A stretch of 64,000 nucleotides of DNA from a virus (taxonomy: Duplodnaviria; Heunggongvirae; Uroviricota; Caudoviricetes). Under the pieces are notes generated by a model. The model made no database searches, was not told the origin of the DNA, and saw only the letters and a program-made list of their open reading frames with translations. Made by a program: the position numbers and the translations under genes. The DNA lies in the IMG/VR virus record IMGVR_UViG_3300025319_000008, positions 42,433-106,432 of that record; one strand, given 5' to 3'. Below are positions 47,601 through 56,302 of this stretch, piece by piece (the first letter of the stretch is position 1; the number at the start of each line of letters is the position of its first letter).

Positions 47601-48072
47601 GATTGTTATTTTTTAATTGTTCTAAATACCCAGTATCTTCTGTTTGTGGATTTCTTGATGACATAGCAACTGCTAAAACATCACATTTTTCATTTTCCTC
47701 ATGTCCATTATGTCCTTTTACCCATGAAAATTCAATATTTGGAAAACTCCTATACAAATTTAGGAGCCGAATGAAAAGGTCAGCATTAGTCCTTTTATAA
47801 AATCCTTCTCTTTCCCAGTTATATATCCATCCTTTATCAAAAGAATCTATAACATACTTTGAATCCGAATAAATTATAACTTTTTTATCTTTTGTTTTAA
47901 TTGCTTCTAAACCAATTATAACTGCCATAAGCTCCATTCTGTTGTTTGTTGTAAGCTTATATCCGGAACTTAATTCTTTTTTATTTCCTTTATATTCAAG
48001 TATGCAAGCACAGCCTCCATAACCAGGATTTTTTAGGCAACTTCCGTCTGTGTATAAGTTTATTATTTCCAT
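47581..48072 (-). CDS. rnhA: ribonuclease HI
   Basis: YTDGSCLKNPGYGG, DSKYVI, VKGHNGHEENEKCDVLA: the RNase H DEDD signature. Confidence 0.85.
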   Translation of the reverse strand: MEIINLYTDGSCLKNPGYGGCACILEYKGNKKELSSGYKLTTNNRMELMAVIIGLEAIKTKDKKVIIYSDSKYVIDSFDKGWIYNWEREGFYKRTNADLFIRLLNLYRSFPNIEFSWVKGHNGHEENEKCDVLAVAMSSRNPQTEDTGYLEQLKNNNHERNTN

Positions 48073-48171
48073 TGTATTTAATTAAACGAAGATAATAAAA
48101 TTTTGTTATTAATTGTTTGAAATGTAAGAAAAATATGTTTTATTTACAGAATCAATAAATTAATAGTGTAA

Positions 48172-48915
48172 ATGAAAAAAACCAAAATTGTATTAATGAG
48201 TGATAGTCACTCAAAGCACAATGGAATATATATACTTAAACAAGGAGAGAAATTTGATGATGAATATGTAAAAGAATACATTATCTCTGGAGTTTATTTA
48301 CCTGCAGAAGCCGACGTAATTATATGTTCAGGAGATATTTCTATGAGTGGAAGCGAAAATGAGATTGATAATTTTTTAGCATGGTATTCAAAACTTCCAT
48401 ATACTCATAAGATTTTAGTTCCAGGAAATCATGACCGACTTTTTGAACAAAAAAGAAGCATAGCTCAAGAATTATTAAAAAAATATCCAAATATTATTTA
48501 TCTTGAAAGTCAAGGCGTTACTATTGATGGAATTAAATTTTACGGAGAACCAGTTCAACCTACTTTTGGATATAATTGGGCGTTTAATGTTGATAGAGGA
48601 GAAAAGATAAAAAGATATTGGGATGCTATACCTGATGACGTTGAATTCTTAATACTTCATGGACCACCTTATTCTATTTTAGATTCTACTATTAGAGGAG
48701 AACAGGTTGGATGTAAAGATTTACTAAAAAGGATATATGAATTGAAAAATTTGAAGCTTGTAAGTTTTGGACACATTCACGAGCATGCCGGATATAAATT
48801 CATAGATGGAGTTCATTTTGTGAATGCATCTGTTTTAAATCTTAGATATGAAATTCAAAATAAACCTATGATTTTTGAAATTGATGAAAATAAAAATATA
48901 ACAAGAATTGAATAA
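48172..48915 (+). CDS. calcineurin-like metallophosphoesterase
   Basis: GDISMSG and GNHD motifs plus a downstream GH..HE region. Confidence 0.7.
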   Translation: MKKTKIVLMSDSHSKHNGIYILKQGEKFDDEYVKEYIISGVYLPAEADVIICSGDISMSGSENEIDNFLAWYSKLPYTHKILVPGNHDRLFEQKRSIAQELLKKYPNIIYLESQGVTIDGIKFYGEPVQPTFGYNWAFNVDRGEKIKRYWDAIPDDVEFLILHGPPYSILDSTIRGEQVGCKDLLKRIYELKNLKLVSFGHIHEHAGYKFIDGVHFVNASVLNLRYEIQNKPMIFEIDENKNITRIE

Positions 48916-48971
48916 TGCAAAAATTTTCTATTATAAACACCAAAACAGCATTAAAGTACAAAAATTTTCTA

Positions 48972-49298
48972 TTATAACTCTCTTTTTTTGGCTCTTTCTT
49001 GAAAATCTCGAGCTTTAATTTTTTCTGCTATTATTTCTGATCTTGGTATAATTTGTACGGTTAATGATTTTATTTCCTTACCATGTTTGTGCCATCTTAA
49101 ATAACATACTCTATTAAATATTGATCTTTCTATACAAGAAGGGAAGCCGTTAAAACTATGTAATTCATCATTCCTATCATTCCAACGAATTGCCCAATAA
49201 CTAACAACTGGCTCTTTGAATTTTTCAATTAAGACTCCATGTAAAGTTGGTATATCAATATTTAAATTGGTGTATAAATTTTCGCTATTCTTATTCAT
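48972..49298 (-). CDS. hypothetical protein with an ELHSFNGFPS repeat unit and an HGVLIEK motif
   Basis: 108-aa ORF. Confidence 0.4.
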   Translation of the reverse strand: MNKNSENLYTNLNIDIPTLHGVLIEKFKEPVVSYWAIRWNDRNDELHSFNGFPSCIERSIFNRVCYLRWHKHGKEIKSLTVQIIPRSEIIAEKIKARDFQERAKKREL

Positions 49299-49797
49299 TT
49301 GCTAATAGTTCTAACTTTTTGAATTCTGAACTTAAAAAACGTTTGATAATATCAAAATCTTTTTCGAAATTTTTAGAATTTCCACTATTATATTTTTTCA
49401 TTAAAATTTTCACTTCACCTACTGATTTTAAACAAATAGATAAAACTGAAAGGTACCAATGTATAAACTCAGGAATTTTTAAATTTTTTGATTTTTCTGA
49501 ATAATTACAGTCAAATATTGATGCTACATTAAGTGCGTCACTGTTGTTTTTTTCTCCAAAGTTATGAAATACAAACGAGGAATTAGATTCATCTTTTGGG
49601 GAAATTATAAAAAAAATTATTTTTTTACTTGTTTCGTTTATTGCAATCATCATATAATAGTCCATATAAATAACATCTGTCCATCCTGCGTCATTTACTA
49701 TATCTAAAAACAATTCAGCGCTTTTGTTTCTCTTTTCGAAAAGGACAAATCTATGATAAGGTTGATTAATTACATATTGATTTAAATGCTCGGTCAT
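49291..49797 (-). CDS. hypothetical protein with an HRFVLFEK motif
   Basis: 168-aa ORF. Confidence 0.4.
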   Translation of the reverse strand: MTEHLNQYVINQPYHRFVLFEKRNKSAELFLDIVNDAGWTDVIYMDYYMMIAINETSKKIIFFIISPKDESNSSFVFHNFGEKNNSDALNVASIFDCNYSEKSKNLKIPEFIHWYLSVLSICLKSVGEVKILMKKYNSGNSKNFEKDFDIIKRFLSSEFKKLELLANE

Positions 49798-49798
49798 T

Positions 49799-50077
49799 TT
49801 AAAAACCTAATAGTTCACCCATTTGAAATTCTATAATATCAAAGAACCCTTTTGGCTGTTTACTGATTCTTCCATATTCAAGTATATCAATTCTTTCGCC
49901 ATTAAATATACTATGATAGCCCTCAATATAATTATTTTTGAGTTGAATTAAAAAATCATTAAACTCATATTCGTTTACGGTTCCAATTTTTTCTCCATCA
50001 GGATTGTATAAATCAACTGTTGGAGGAGTTATTCTATTTATTTTCATAATCTTTTTCTTTGAAATTAAATGGTTCAT
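49799..50077 (-). CDS. hypothetical protein
   Basis: 92-aa ORF. Confidence 0.35.
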   Translation of the reverse strand: MNHLISKKKIMKINRITPPTVDLYNPDGEKIGTVNEYEFNDFLIQLKNNYIEGYHSIFNGERIDILEYGRISKQPKGFFDIIEFQMGELLGF

Positions 50078-50342
50078 TTATTTTTTCAATAATAACAAAA
50101 CGTTTATTTGCCGGATTTGGACTAAAATAATCTTGTATGCGATACATTCCGGCTTGTTTATAGTATTGTTTGGTAAATCGGAGTTGTGGTTTTTCAAAAC
50201 CAAAAAACCGTCCTTGATTATCTAAGATGTGTATAAAATCATGATTTTTGTCTGACCTGATTTCATATAATTTATTTCTCGTAAAAGCATTTCCTTTATA
50301 CGTTGATTTGTAAAGAGTTTTTATACATCTTAATTTAATCAT
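50034..50342 (-). CDS. small protein, tandem paralog 1 of 3 (ends NPANKRFVIIEK...)
   Basis: MIKLRCIK start; homologous to the next two genes. Confidence 0.45.
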   Translation of the reverse strand: MIKLRCIKTLYKSTYKGNAFTRNKLYEIRSDKNHDFIHILDNQGRFFGFEKPQLRFTKQYYKQAGMYRIQDYFSPNPANKRFVIIEKINEPFNFKEKDYENK

Positions 50343-50604
50343 TTAGTTGCTTTAATTTAAAATTAAATGGTTCACTTGTTTTTTCGAAAATAACAAATCT
50401 TTTATTAGCTGGATTCGGATTAAAATATTTAAATACATAATGAAAATAAGAGCCGGAAATTTTGCTAAAACTTATTTCTCTTCCTCTATTATCTAAAAGT
50501 TCAATAAAATGTCCATCTTGATATGTGATTTTATAATTTTTACCCAATGTAAAAGATTTATAATCTACTTCATAAAGCCGTTTTATACACTCTAATTTAA
50601 TCAT
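50335..50604 (-). CDS. small protein, tandem paralog 2 of 3
   Basis: MIKLECIK start; ...NPANKRFVIFEK. Confidence 0.45.
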   Translation of the reverse strand: MIKLECIKRLYEVDYKSFTLGKNYKITYQDGHFIELLDNRGREISFSKISGSYFHYVFKYFNPNPANKRFVIFEKTSEPFNFKLKQLND

Positions 50605-50887
50605 TTAAATCGAATAATTTTATAAACTTTTTTAAATTAGATGTTCTACATTTCTTCTCAAAAATAACGAAGCGTTTATTTGATTCAAAGAAGTCATCTA
50701 CCCAACAACAAAAACCTTCTGGATCATATTCTAATGCGAAAATATAAGGTTGACCGTTATTATTTAATATAGAAATAGTATATTCTTCAATTGAATGTAT
50801 TGTATAGCTTGTACCTATTTCAAAAGCTGTTTTTGAAAAACCTGTTCCGCATGTGATATAGTTTTTTATACATCTTAATTTAAGCAT
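50597..50887 (-). CDS. small protein, tandem paralog 3 of 3
   Basis: MLKLRCIK start; ...NKRFVIFEK. Confidence 0.45.
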   Translation of the reverse strand: MLKLRCIKNYITCGTGFSKTAFEIGTSYTIHSIEEYTISILNNNGQPYIFALEYDPEGFCCWVDDFFESNKRFVIFEKKCRTSNLKKFIKLFDLND

Positions 50888-50900
50888 TCTTATCGTATGA

Positions 50901-51218
50901 TTAAGAATTTAGATTAATAAAATCCCAAATTCCACTTTCGTTATTTCTGCCGTAAACACATTGTATCGCTTCTTCAAAAATATAATGTTCGCCATCTTTC
51001 AGTCGCTTATTTTCGGGGTCTTGTTTGCTGTCCAAATATTGCTCACATAATTTTATCAACGAGCTAAAATCAGGATTAGCACTTAGCTTCGGTCTTGTGC
51101 CTCTAATTTCTTTGTAAGTTTCGGGTGCATCAGAATAAATTGTTTTTAGCAATCCCGATTTTTCCAATGTGTCGAACTCTTTTTCTGTTAGTTCTCTAAG
51201 TGATTTTACTTTTTCCAT
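50901..51218 (-). CDS. hypothetical protein
   Basis: 105-aa ORF. Confidence 0.4.
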   Translation of the reverse strand: MEKVKSLRELTEKEFDTLEKSGLLKTIYSDAPETYKEIRGTRPKLSANPDFSSLIKLCEQYLDSKQDPENKRLKDGEHYIFEEAIQCVYGRNNESGIWDFINLNS

Positions 51219-51293
51219 TTGTTTGATTCTTAATTTATGAATTTTTTAATTATCCCTTAAATTGTCGGACGCGACAAGTAATAGAAACAAACG

Positions 51294-51569
51294 CTATACA
51301 CCTGTTTCAATTCCACATTCTCTTACATTTCTAATGTCAACGTTTTTTTCTCCATCATTTAAAATTAACTGTGAATATTTCACACCAAATATAATCCCAT
51401 ATCTCACAAAATATGTTCCTCTGTGTGGTTCTACATAATCAACATAACATATTTTTTTGCCAATATTCGCTTTTATATTTTCTTTTGTTAGCTGAAATGG
51501 TTCATAGCCCTTTTCACATTTTTCGTTTTCAAAATCAAGTAATTTTCCCATAACTATGTTTGTTTTCAT
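51294..51569 (-). CDS. hypothetical protein
   Basis: 91-aa ORF. Confidence 0.35.
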   Translation of the reverse strand: MKTNIVMGKLLDFENEKCEKGYEPFQLTKENIKANIGKKICYVDYVEPHRGTYFVRYGIIFGVKYSQLILNDGEKNVDIRNVRECGIETGV

Positions 51570-51692
51570 TATTTAAACGAAAAACATGTTAAAATGTTTA
51601 AATCTTCTCGATTAATACAATTCTCTCAATCTTAGTAAATTCAAAAAACTGATTTCTGAATTTTTCTTGAGCTTTTTCAAATTCTTCTCTTG

Positions 51693-52025
51693 TTATTTCT
51701 TTTTTAAAAAAACATAGAGTGCATTATCTAAGAATTCTTTATGATCTTTATAAAATTTTGATGCACATTTTGTATTATCTATTTTAAAATAATCAATAAT
51801 GCCATAATTGCAATAATCATCAAACGCATCTTCTTCAATTCCGGATTTTTTGCAGTACGAATAGGTTATTGCGTTAACGTTGTCATTTTTCCAAAATTTA
51901 CCAACAAACATTTTATCAAAATTATCTCTTACGAATTTGTTTTTTTTATTTTGTAATTCTGAACGCTTAGTTTCAAGTTCAAAAATTTCATTTTTTAAAC
52001 TGTCATATGTTTTTTTTATATCCAT
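51693..52025 (-). CDS. hypothetical protein
   Basis: ORF track start 52073; the internal Met at 52025 removes the overlap. Confidence 0.35.
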   Translation of the reverse strand: MDIKKTYDSLKNEIFELETKRSELQNKKNKFVRDNFDKMFVGKFWKNDNVNAITYSYCKKSGIEEDAFDDYCNYGIIDYFKIDNTKCASKFYKDHKEFLDNALYVFLKKK

Positions 52026-52030
52026 AATTG

Positions 52031-52264
52031 CTATTCCTCGTTTATTGTGCAGACAATGAAAGCATGCTTCCATTTATTTTTACAAAAATCGCTGTCTCTG
52101 TAATTTTTTGCTTTTTCGTATGTGTTTAATCCTTGTGTTATTTGCTCCCAGTTATCTTCGTTATTTCTTGCAACTACGAAAAATAAACAAGGCATAACAA
52201 CACGCCAAGAAGTAGAGCCTTCTGCTTCATTAGAAATATTTGTGGCTGTATTATCTTTTATCAT
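52031..52264 (-). CDS. hypothetical protein
   Basis: 77-aa ORF. Confidence 0.3.
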   Translation of the reverse strand: MIKDNTATNISNEAEGSTSWRVVMPCLFFVVARNNEDNWEQITQGLNTYEKAKNYRDSDFCKNKWKHAFIVCTINEE

Positions 52265-52446
52265 AATATAATTGGTCGCTTTTTTGGATAAAACTTCTTA
52301 GCCTCTTTCATGTATGCATCTATGATTTCTTGTTCAATAACACTGTCTTTAACGTTAAACAAATACAATAACTGTTCAGTAGCTTGTGATACTGTTATTT
52401 TCATGTCATTTAGTTCTGTGCAAATATTTCTTATTTTTTCTTCCAT
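52261..52446 (-). CDS. hypothetical protein
   Basis: 61-aa ORF. Confidence 0.3.
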   Translation of the reverse strand: MEEKIRNICTELNDMKITVSQATEQLLYLFNVKDSVIEQEIIDAYMKEAKKFYPKKRPIIL

Positions 52447-52460
52447 ATCGATACTTGTTT

Positions 52461-52937
52461 TTAATTACCATTTTTTTCTATTAAAACTTCTCTTGTTGGT
52501 GAAAACTCAGGTCTATCTCTACATTCTGCACACAATACATAAACCCAACCATTATCTATATACTCAACATTATTATTGCTTCCACAATCCATACAAGTGT
52601 TAGCACATTCTTTTACTGCTTCTGTAATTATATCATCAATTTCTTTACCAAAGTATCCATAAATTCTTAATGAGCCATATTTTTCTTTAATATCTTGTAT
52701 TATTTGACTGCCTGTGAGTTTGTTTCTTAGGTTGTATGCCCACCAAAATTTAATACGGACAACGGAGCCTCCGGTGGCCAAAAAATGGATGGCTCTCATA
52801 ATAAATCGCGGCATCCACCACTGTTTCCACATTACTTTTTCTATTCTTACCAAGTGTTTCTCTACTACTGGTTTCCAATGTCTGGGCACACCTGCGTAAC
52901 TATTTCCTATGTGACGATATTTTTTGCTAAATTCCAT
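52461..52937 (-). CDS. hypothetical zinc-ribbon protein ending in PTREVLIEKNGN
   Basis: CMDC...CAEC; 158 aa. Confidence 0.45.
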   Translation of the reverse strand: MEFSKKYRHIGNSYAGVPRHWKPVVEKHLVRIEKVMWKQWWMPRFIMRAIHFLATGGSVVRIKFWWAYNLRNKLTGSQIIQDIKEKYGSLRIYGYFGKEIDDIITEAVKECANTCMDCGSNNNVEYIDNGWVYVLCAECRDRPEFSPTREVLIEKNGN

Positions 52938-53008
52938 GACGCAAATAAAACAAAAAACCCCCTAAAAAGCAAATTTTAGGAGGAGAAATATAATTATATT
53001 AAAATAAG

Positions 53009-53215
53009 TTATCTACAAATTTTGTGGCCAGTTCCATTATTAAGTGAATATGGAATGTTTTTACAACTATGACTATCATTGCAAACTAATTTACCTAAAA
53101 ATTCGGTACCAGATTTAGTAACAATAACTTTATAGCCCCATTCGCTTTTTAACTTTTGACCAACAAAAATTGGTTTTCCATTATCATCCTTGTAACCGGT
53201 AAATTCTTTTTTCAT
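53009..53215 (-). CDS. hypothetical protein
   Basis: 68-aa ORF. Confidence 0.3.
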   Translation of the reverse strand: MKKEFTGYKDDNGKPIFVGQKLKSEWGYKVIVTKSGTEFLGKLVCNDSHSCKNIPYSLNNGTGHKICR

Positions 53216-53391
53216 TTTTTCATAGTTTTAATAAATTCAGCAATATCCATAACAATCATGCAACATAATGTTATTACTAAAAAGTGAATTACATTTTTAT
53301 CTGTTAGCCAGTCTTTTCTTGTAGCATCAGCTATTGCTGTTAATCCTAAAAATATTGCTGTTCTCATTTTGTATTTTAATAAAATAAACTT

Positions 53392-53889
53392 TTATATTAC
53401 GTCAATATAAACTACAGTTTTTGCGATGTGATATTCTTGATCAAGTAAAGAAGTGTTGACATCATCGCTTATCATTTTGTTTGTGAAATACAATTTTCTT
53501 CCTGACAGTTTTTTCTCATCAAAAAGTTCAGCCGGTAATTGAGCCAAAACTTCTTCGATGCTTGGTTTATAAAATCCATAATATCCAAAATTATGAAGAG
53601 TTATGAACATACCAACTTTATCAGCTACTTTTTTACAATACCAACCTCCATTTTCTGCAGGTCTATCTCTTTTAGAAAGTCCATCATGACTTATTAAACC
53701 AACGTTTTTACCTTTTTTAGCATCCCATGAAAAAGAATAATTTATTGGGTTGCCTATATTTTTTATTAAAAAAATTTCATTTTCTTCCACCACACAAGGA
53801 AAAATAAGTGTCATTCTCTTGGATAGTTCTAATTTATCGATTTTAGGAATTCTTTCTTTGCTATAGTCGAATTTATGTAATTTTGTCAT
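53392..53889 (-). CDS. hypothetical protein
   Basis: 165-aa ORF. Confidence 0.4.
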   Translation of the reverse strand: MTKLHKFDYSKERIPKIDKLELSKRMTLIFPCVVEENEIFLIKNIGNPINYSFSWDAKKGKNVGLISHDGLSKRDRPAENGGWYCKKVADKVGMFITLHNFGYYGFYKPSIEEVLAQLPAELFDEKKLSGRKLYFTNKMISDDVNTSLLDQEYHIAKTVVYIDVI

Positions 53890-53906
53890 GATAATGTATT
53901 TTTGGT

Positions 53907-54287
53907 TTAACTAAATTCAATATTTTCATCTAATGAATATGCGAGCAAGCATCCTTCTCTGAATTGTTTTGCTTTATTGTAATTGCTAAAAGAATATTCA
54001 TTTTCTGGATGTTCAATTTCTTCTTTGCTCATATTTTTCAATACTTCTTCAATGCCTTCTGCTATTTGTTTACATTCATCCGGAGTTAAAATTCCTTCAC
54101 AATCTGAGTGATTAAACAATGGCATTAGTTTATGGTCAATAGAAGTTAGCTTTTTGGTGGCACTTTCATTTCTATATCCGATATAATCATTAAGATTTAT
54201 TTCGATTTTCTCAGCGAGCCATCGTCTAAAATTATTAAAGCTGCTGTATGGTCCGTGCCATGCGTTGTGTGATGTATCCAATCCCAT
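53907..54287 (-). CDS. hypothetical protein
   Basis: ORF track start 54371; the internal Met at 54287 avoids an overlap with the NADAR gene. Confidence 0.4.
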   Translation of the reverse strand: MGLDTSHNAWHGPYSSFNNFRRWLAEKIEINLNDYIGYRNESATKKLTSIDHKLMPLFNHSDCEGILTPDECKQIAEGIEEVLKNMSKEEIEHPENEYSFSNYNKAKQFREGCLLAYSLDENIEFS

Positions 54288-54292
54288 TTGTT

Positions 54293-54787
54293 TTACTTTT
54301 TTAAACTTTGTTCTTTTAGATTTTCTCTGAGCGTAGTTAAAATTTCTCCTAACCAATTTGTCCCGTTCCATTTTTCTTCAGGAATATTTTTTGCATCAGT
54401 TTCAGAAAGCCCAATTCCCCAAATTTTATCAAACGGACTTGCTTCAGTTAATTTTGTGTTGCCGGTAGCCATTAAAGCTTTCAATAAAGTCGGATTTTGA
54501 GTGAATTTTGCGTAATTCCCATCATAAACAAATTGTTTACAATTTTCTTCCCAAATGTTCTTATCAAATCCTTTTACTTTTCTACCAAAATCTTTGCAAT
54601 CTCTTGGGTGTTTTGCTTTTAAAATATCTTCTGCTGTGTCTGCATCTCCAAATAACATAGCTTTCTTCCACATCATATGCATTTCTGTGTTCTTAAATTT
54701 AACTCCGTCAATTGTGAATTCGGCGTGGTGCCAGTTAGAAAACGGTGATTCGGTTTTCCAGAAAAAAGTGTATTTTTTGTCTTCCAT
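54293..54787 (-). CDS. NADAR / YbiA-like (DUF1768) ADP-ribose-processing hydrolase
   Basis: FFWKTESPFSNWHHAEFTIDGVKFKNTEMHMMWKKA...KFTQNPTLLKALMATGNTKLTEASPFDKIWGIGL...NWLGEIL matches the YbiA/NADAR pattern. Confidence 0.8.
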   Translation of the reverse strand: MEDKKYTFFWKTESPFSNWHHAEFTIDGVKFKNTEMHMMWKKAMLFGDADTAEDILKAKHPRDCKDFGRKVKGFDKNIWEENCKQFVYDGNYAKFTQNPTLLKALMATGNTKLTEASPFDKIWGIGLSETDAKNIPEEKWNGTNWLGEILTTLRENLKEQSLKK

Positions 54788-54830
54788 ATTATATTAAACG
54801 ATAAGATTGTTTGAATGTTGCTAAAATTAA

Positions 54831-55916
54831 TTATTTTTTACGAGATTTCCAACCAAATTCTGTATAAATTTTTTCTTTCCATTCTAAATTAGAACGTAAA
54901 ATTTCATAGTCTCTTTTGTTCTTTGTCCTGAATTCAAAAAGAGTTTTATGATTTTTTGCAATATTGTAAATTTTTTCAAAAGTCCAAATTTCTTTCAGTA
55001 ATTTCATATGAGAACAAATTTCTTCAAGCCATTTATTTTTACAAGCATAATCATGTGCTCGTGGATATTTTTGAATAAATTCTGTTCTGCTTTCACATTG
55101 AAGAGCTACATTTATACAATTTTCTTTAATATTCCAATAGCCATTTGGTTTTTTACGTCTAACCATGTGTTTACAACAATCATCTCCCCAGTTATTTCTT
55201 ATGACGGCACTATATGCAGAATTATTTTTTATTTTAAATTCAGAACGAGATTCGTATTTTTTAGCTTCTTCTGTACATTTTTCTTTTGTCCATTTTCTTG
55301 GAGCACTTCCAAGGGAACCAGTTTTTGCTATATTTAAAATAACATATCCTTCTTTTTCATATTTTTCTTTAAAAACACCTTCCTGTATTGAGGCATTTTC
55401 GTTATCCAAATAATCTGTTAATTTTATAAATTTTGGTTTTAACTCTGTTCTATTAATGTGTTTATAAACAATGCATCTATTATCAGTTAAATGTTCATCA
55501 AATCTTTTATTTGGATTTCCAGTTAAACCAACATAAATATGATTATCTGCAAAAACAGCTACATAAATAAGTCTTTTATATAAATCTCCAAGAATTTCCA
55601 TATGTGAACAACATTCTTCAACCCATTTATTTCTATAAACAGAATCATATGCTCCACTGGATTTTTTCGCAAAATCTGTTTTTGTTCTATATTTTAATGC
55701 CTCTTCTAAACATTTTTCTTTTGTCCAATATCCGTTTGGTTTCTTTTTAGTAATCATATGTTTACAAATATCATTTAACCAATTGTTTTTTAAAGATTTA
55801 TCATAAGCTCCATTTGAACCTCTTTCAAAATTGCTTCTTGAGCTGTATTTTAATGCTTCTTTCTCACAATTTTCTTTTGTCCAATAACCCATTGGTTTTC
55901 TTTCTTTATTTTTCAT
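54831..55916 (-). CDS. GIY-YIG nuclease flanked by four ~48-aa Trp/Cys repeats
   Basis: Central LIYVAVFADNHIYVGLTGNPNKRFDEH; repeats of KPNGYWTKEKC.EEALKY..R..F....GAY....N.W....C.HM; ATG at 55916 (the ORF track start at 55925 is TTG). Confidence 0.6.
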   Translation of the reverse strand: MKNKERKPMGYWTKENCEKEALKYSSRSNFERGSNGAYDKSLKNNWLNDICKHMITKKKPNGYWTKEKCLEEALKYRTKTDFAKKSSGAYDSVYRNKWVEECCSHMEILGDLYKRLIYVAVFADNHIYVGLTGNPNKRFDEHLTDNRCIVYKHINRTELKPKFIKLTDYLDNENASIQEGVFKEKYEKEGYVILNIAKTGSLGSAPRKWTKEKCTEEAKKYESRSEFKIKNNSAYSAVIRNNWGDDCCKHMVRRKKPNGYWNIKENCINVALQCESRTEFIQKYPRAHDYACKNKWLEEICSHMKLLKEIWTFEKIYNIAKNHKTLFEFRTKNKRDYEILRSNLEWKEKIYTEFGWKSRKK

Positions 55917-56055
55917 TTTTTCCAATGTATTGCAATATTAACCATTCTATTAATTGTGATTTATTAATAGCTCTTTCTTCACAAAAATTATCAAACTCCT
56001 TTCTAAGTTCACTAGATAATGTTAGTGGAAATTGTACTCTTTTATCTGTTTTCAT
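55906..56055 (-). CDS. small ribbon-helix-helix DNA-binding protein
   Basis: 49-aa ORF not in the ORF track: MKTDKRVQFPLTLSSELRKEFDNFCEERAINKSQLIEWLILQYIGKNEK; overlaps the GIY-YIG start. Confidence 0.45.
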   Translation of the reverse strand: MKTDKRVQFPLTLSSELRKEFDNFCEERAINKSQLIEWLILQYIGKNEK

Positions 56056-56099
56056 ATTATTTGTTATTTAATACTAAATAGGTACTAAAAAAGTAAAAC

Positions 56100-56252
56100 T
56101 CACATATTGTTAGAAATATGTTCTTTAATAAGTTTTTCTATTAATTTAGATTTGTTAATATTATTATCCTCACAAAATTGATTAAATTTATCAATTGTAC
56201 TTTCTTTAATTGTTGTATTAACTCTTTCGCGTCTTTGTTTTTTTGTTTTCAT
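56100..56252 (-). CDS. small ribbon-helix-helix DNA-binding protein, paralog of 55906..56055
   Basis: 50-aa ORF: MKTKKQRRERVNTTIKESTIDKFNQFCEDNNINKSKLIEKLIKEHISNNM. Confidence 0.45.
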   Translation of the reverse strand: MKTKKQRRERVNTTIKESTIDKFNQFCEDNNINKSKLIEKLIKEHISNNM

Positions 56253-56302
56253 AATTTAAAATTAACCTATTTGTTTATAAAAAGCAACCCTATTTATTTA
56301 AG

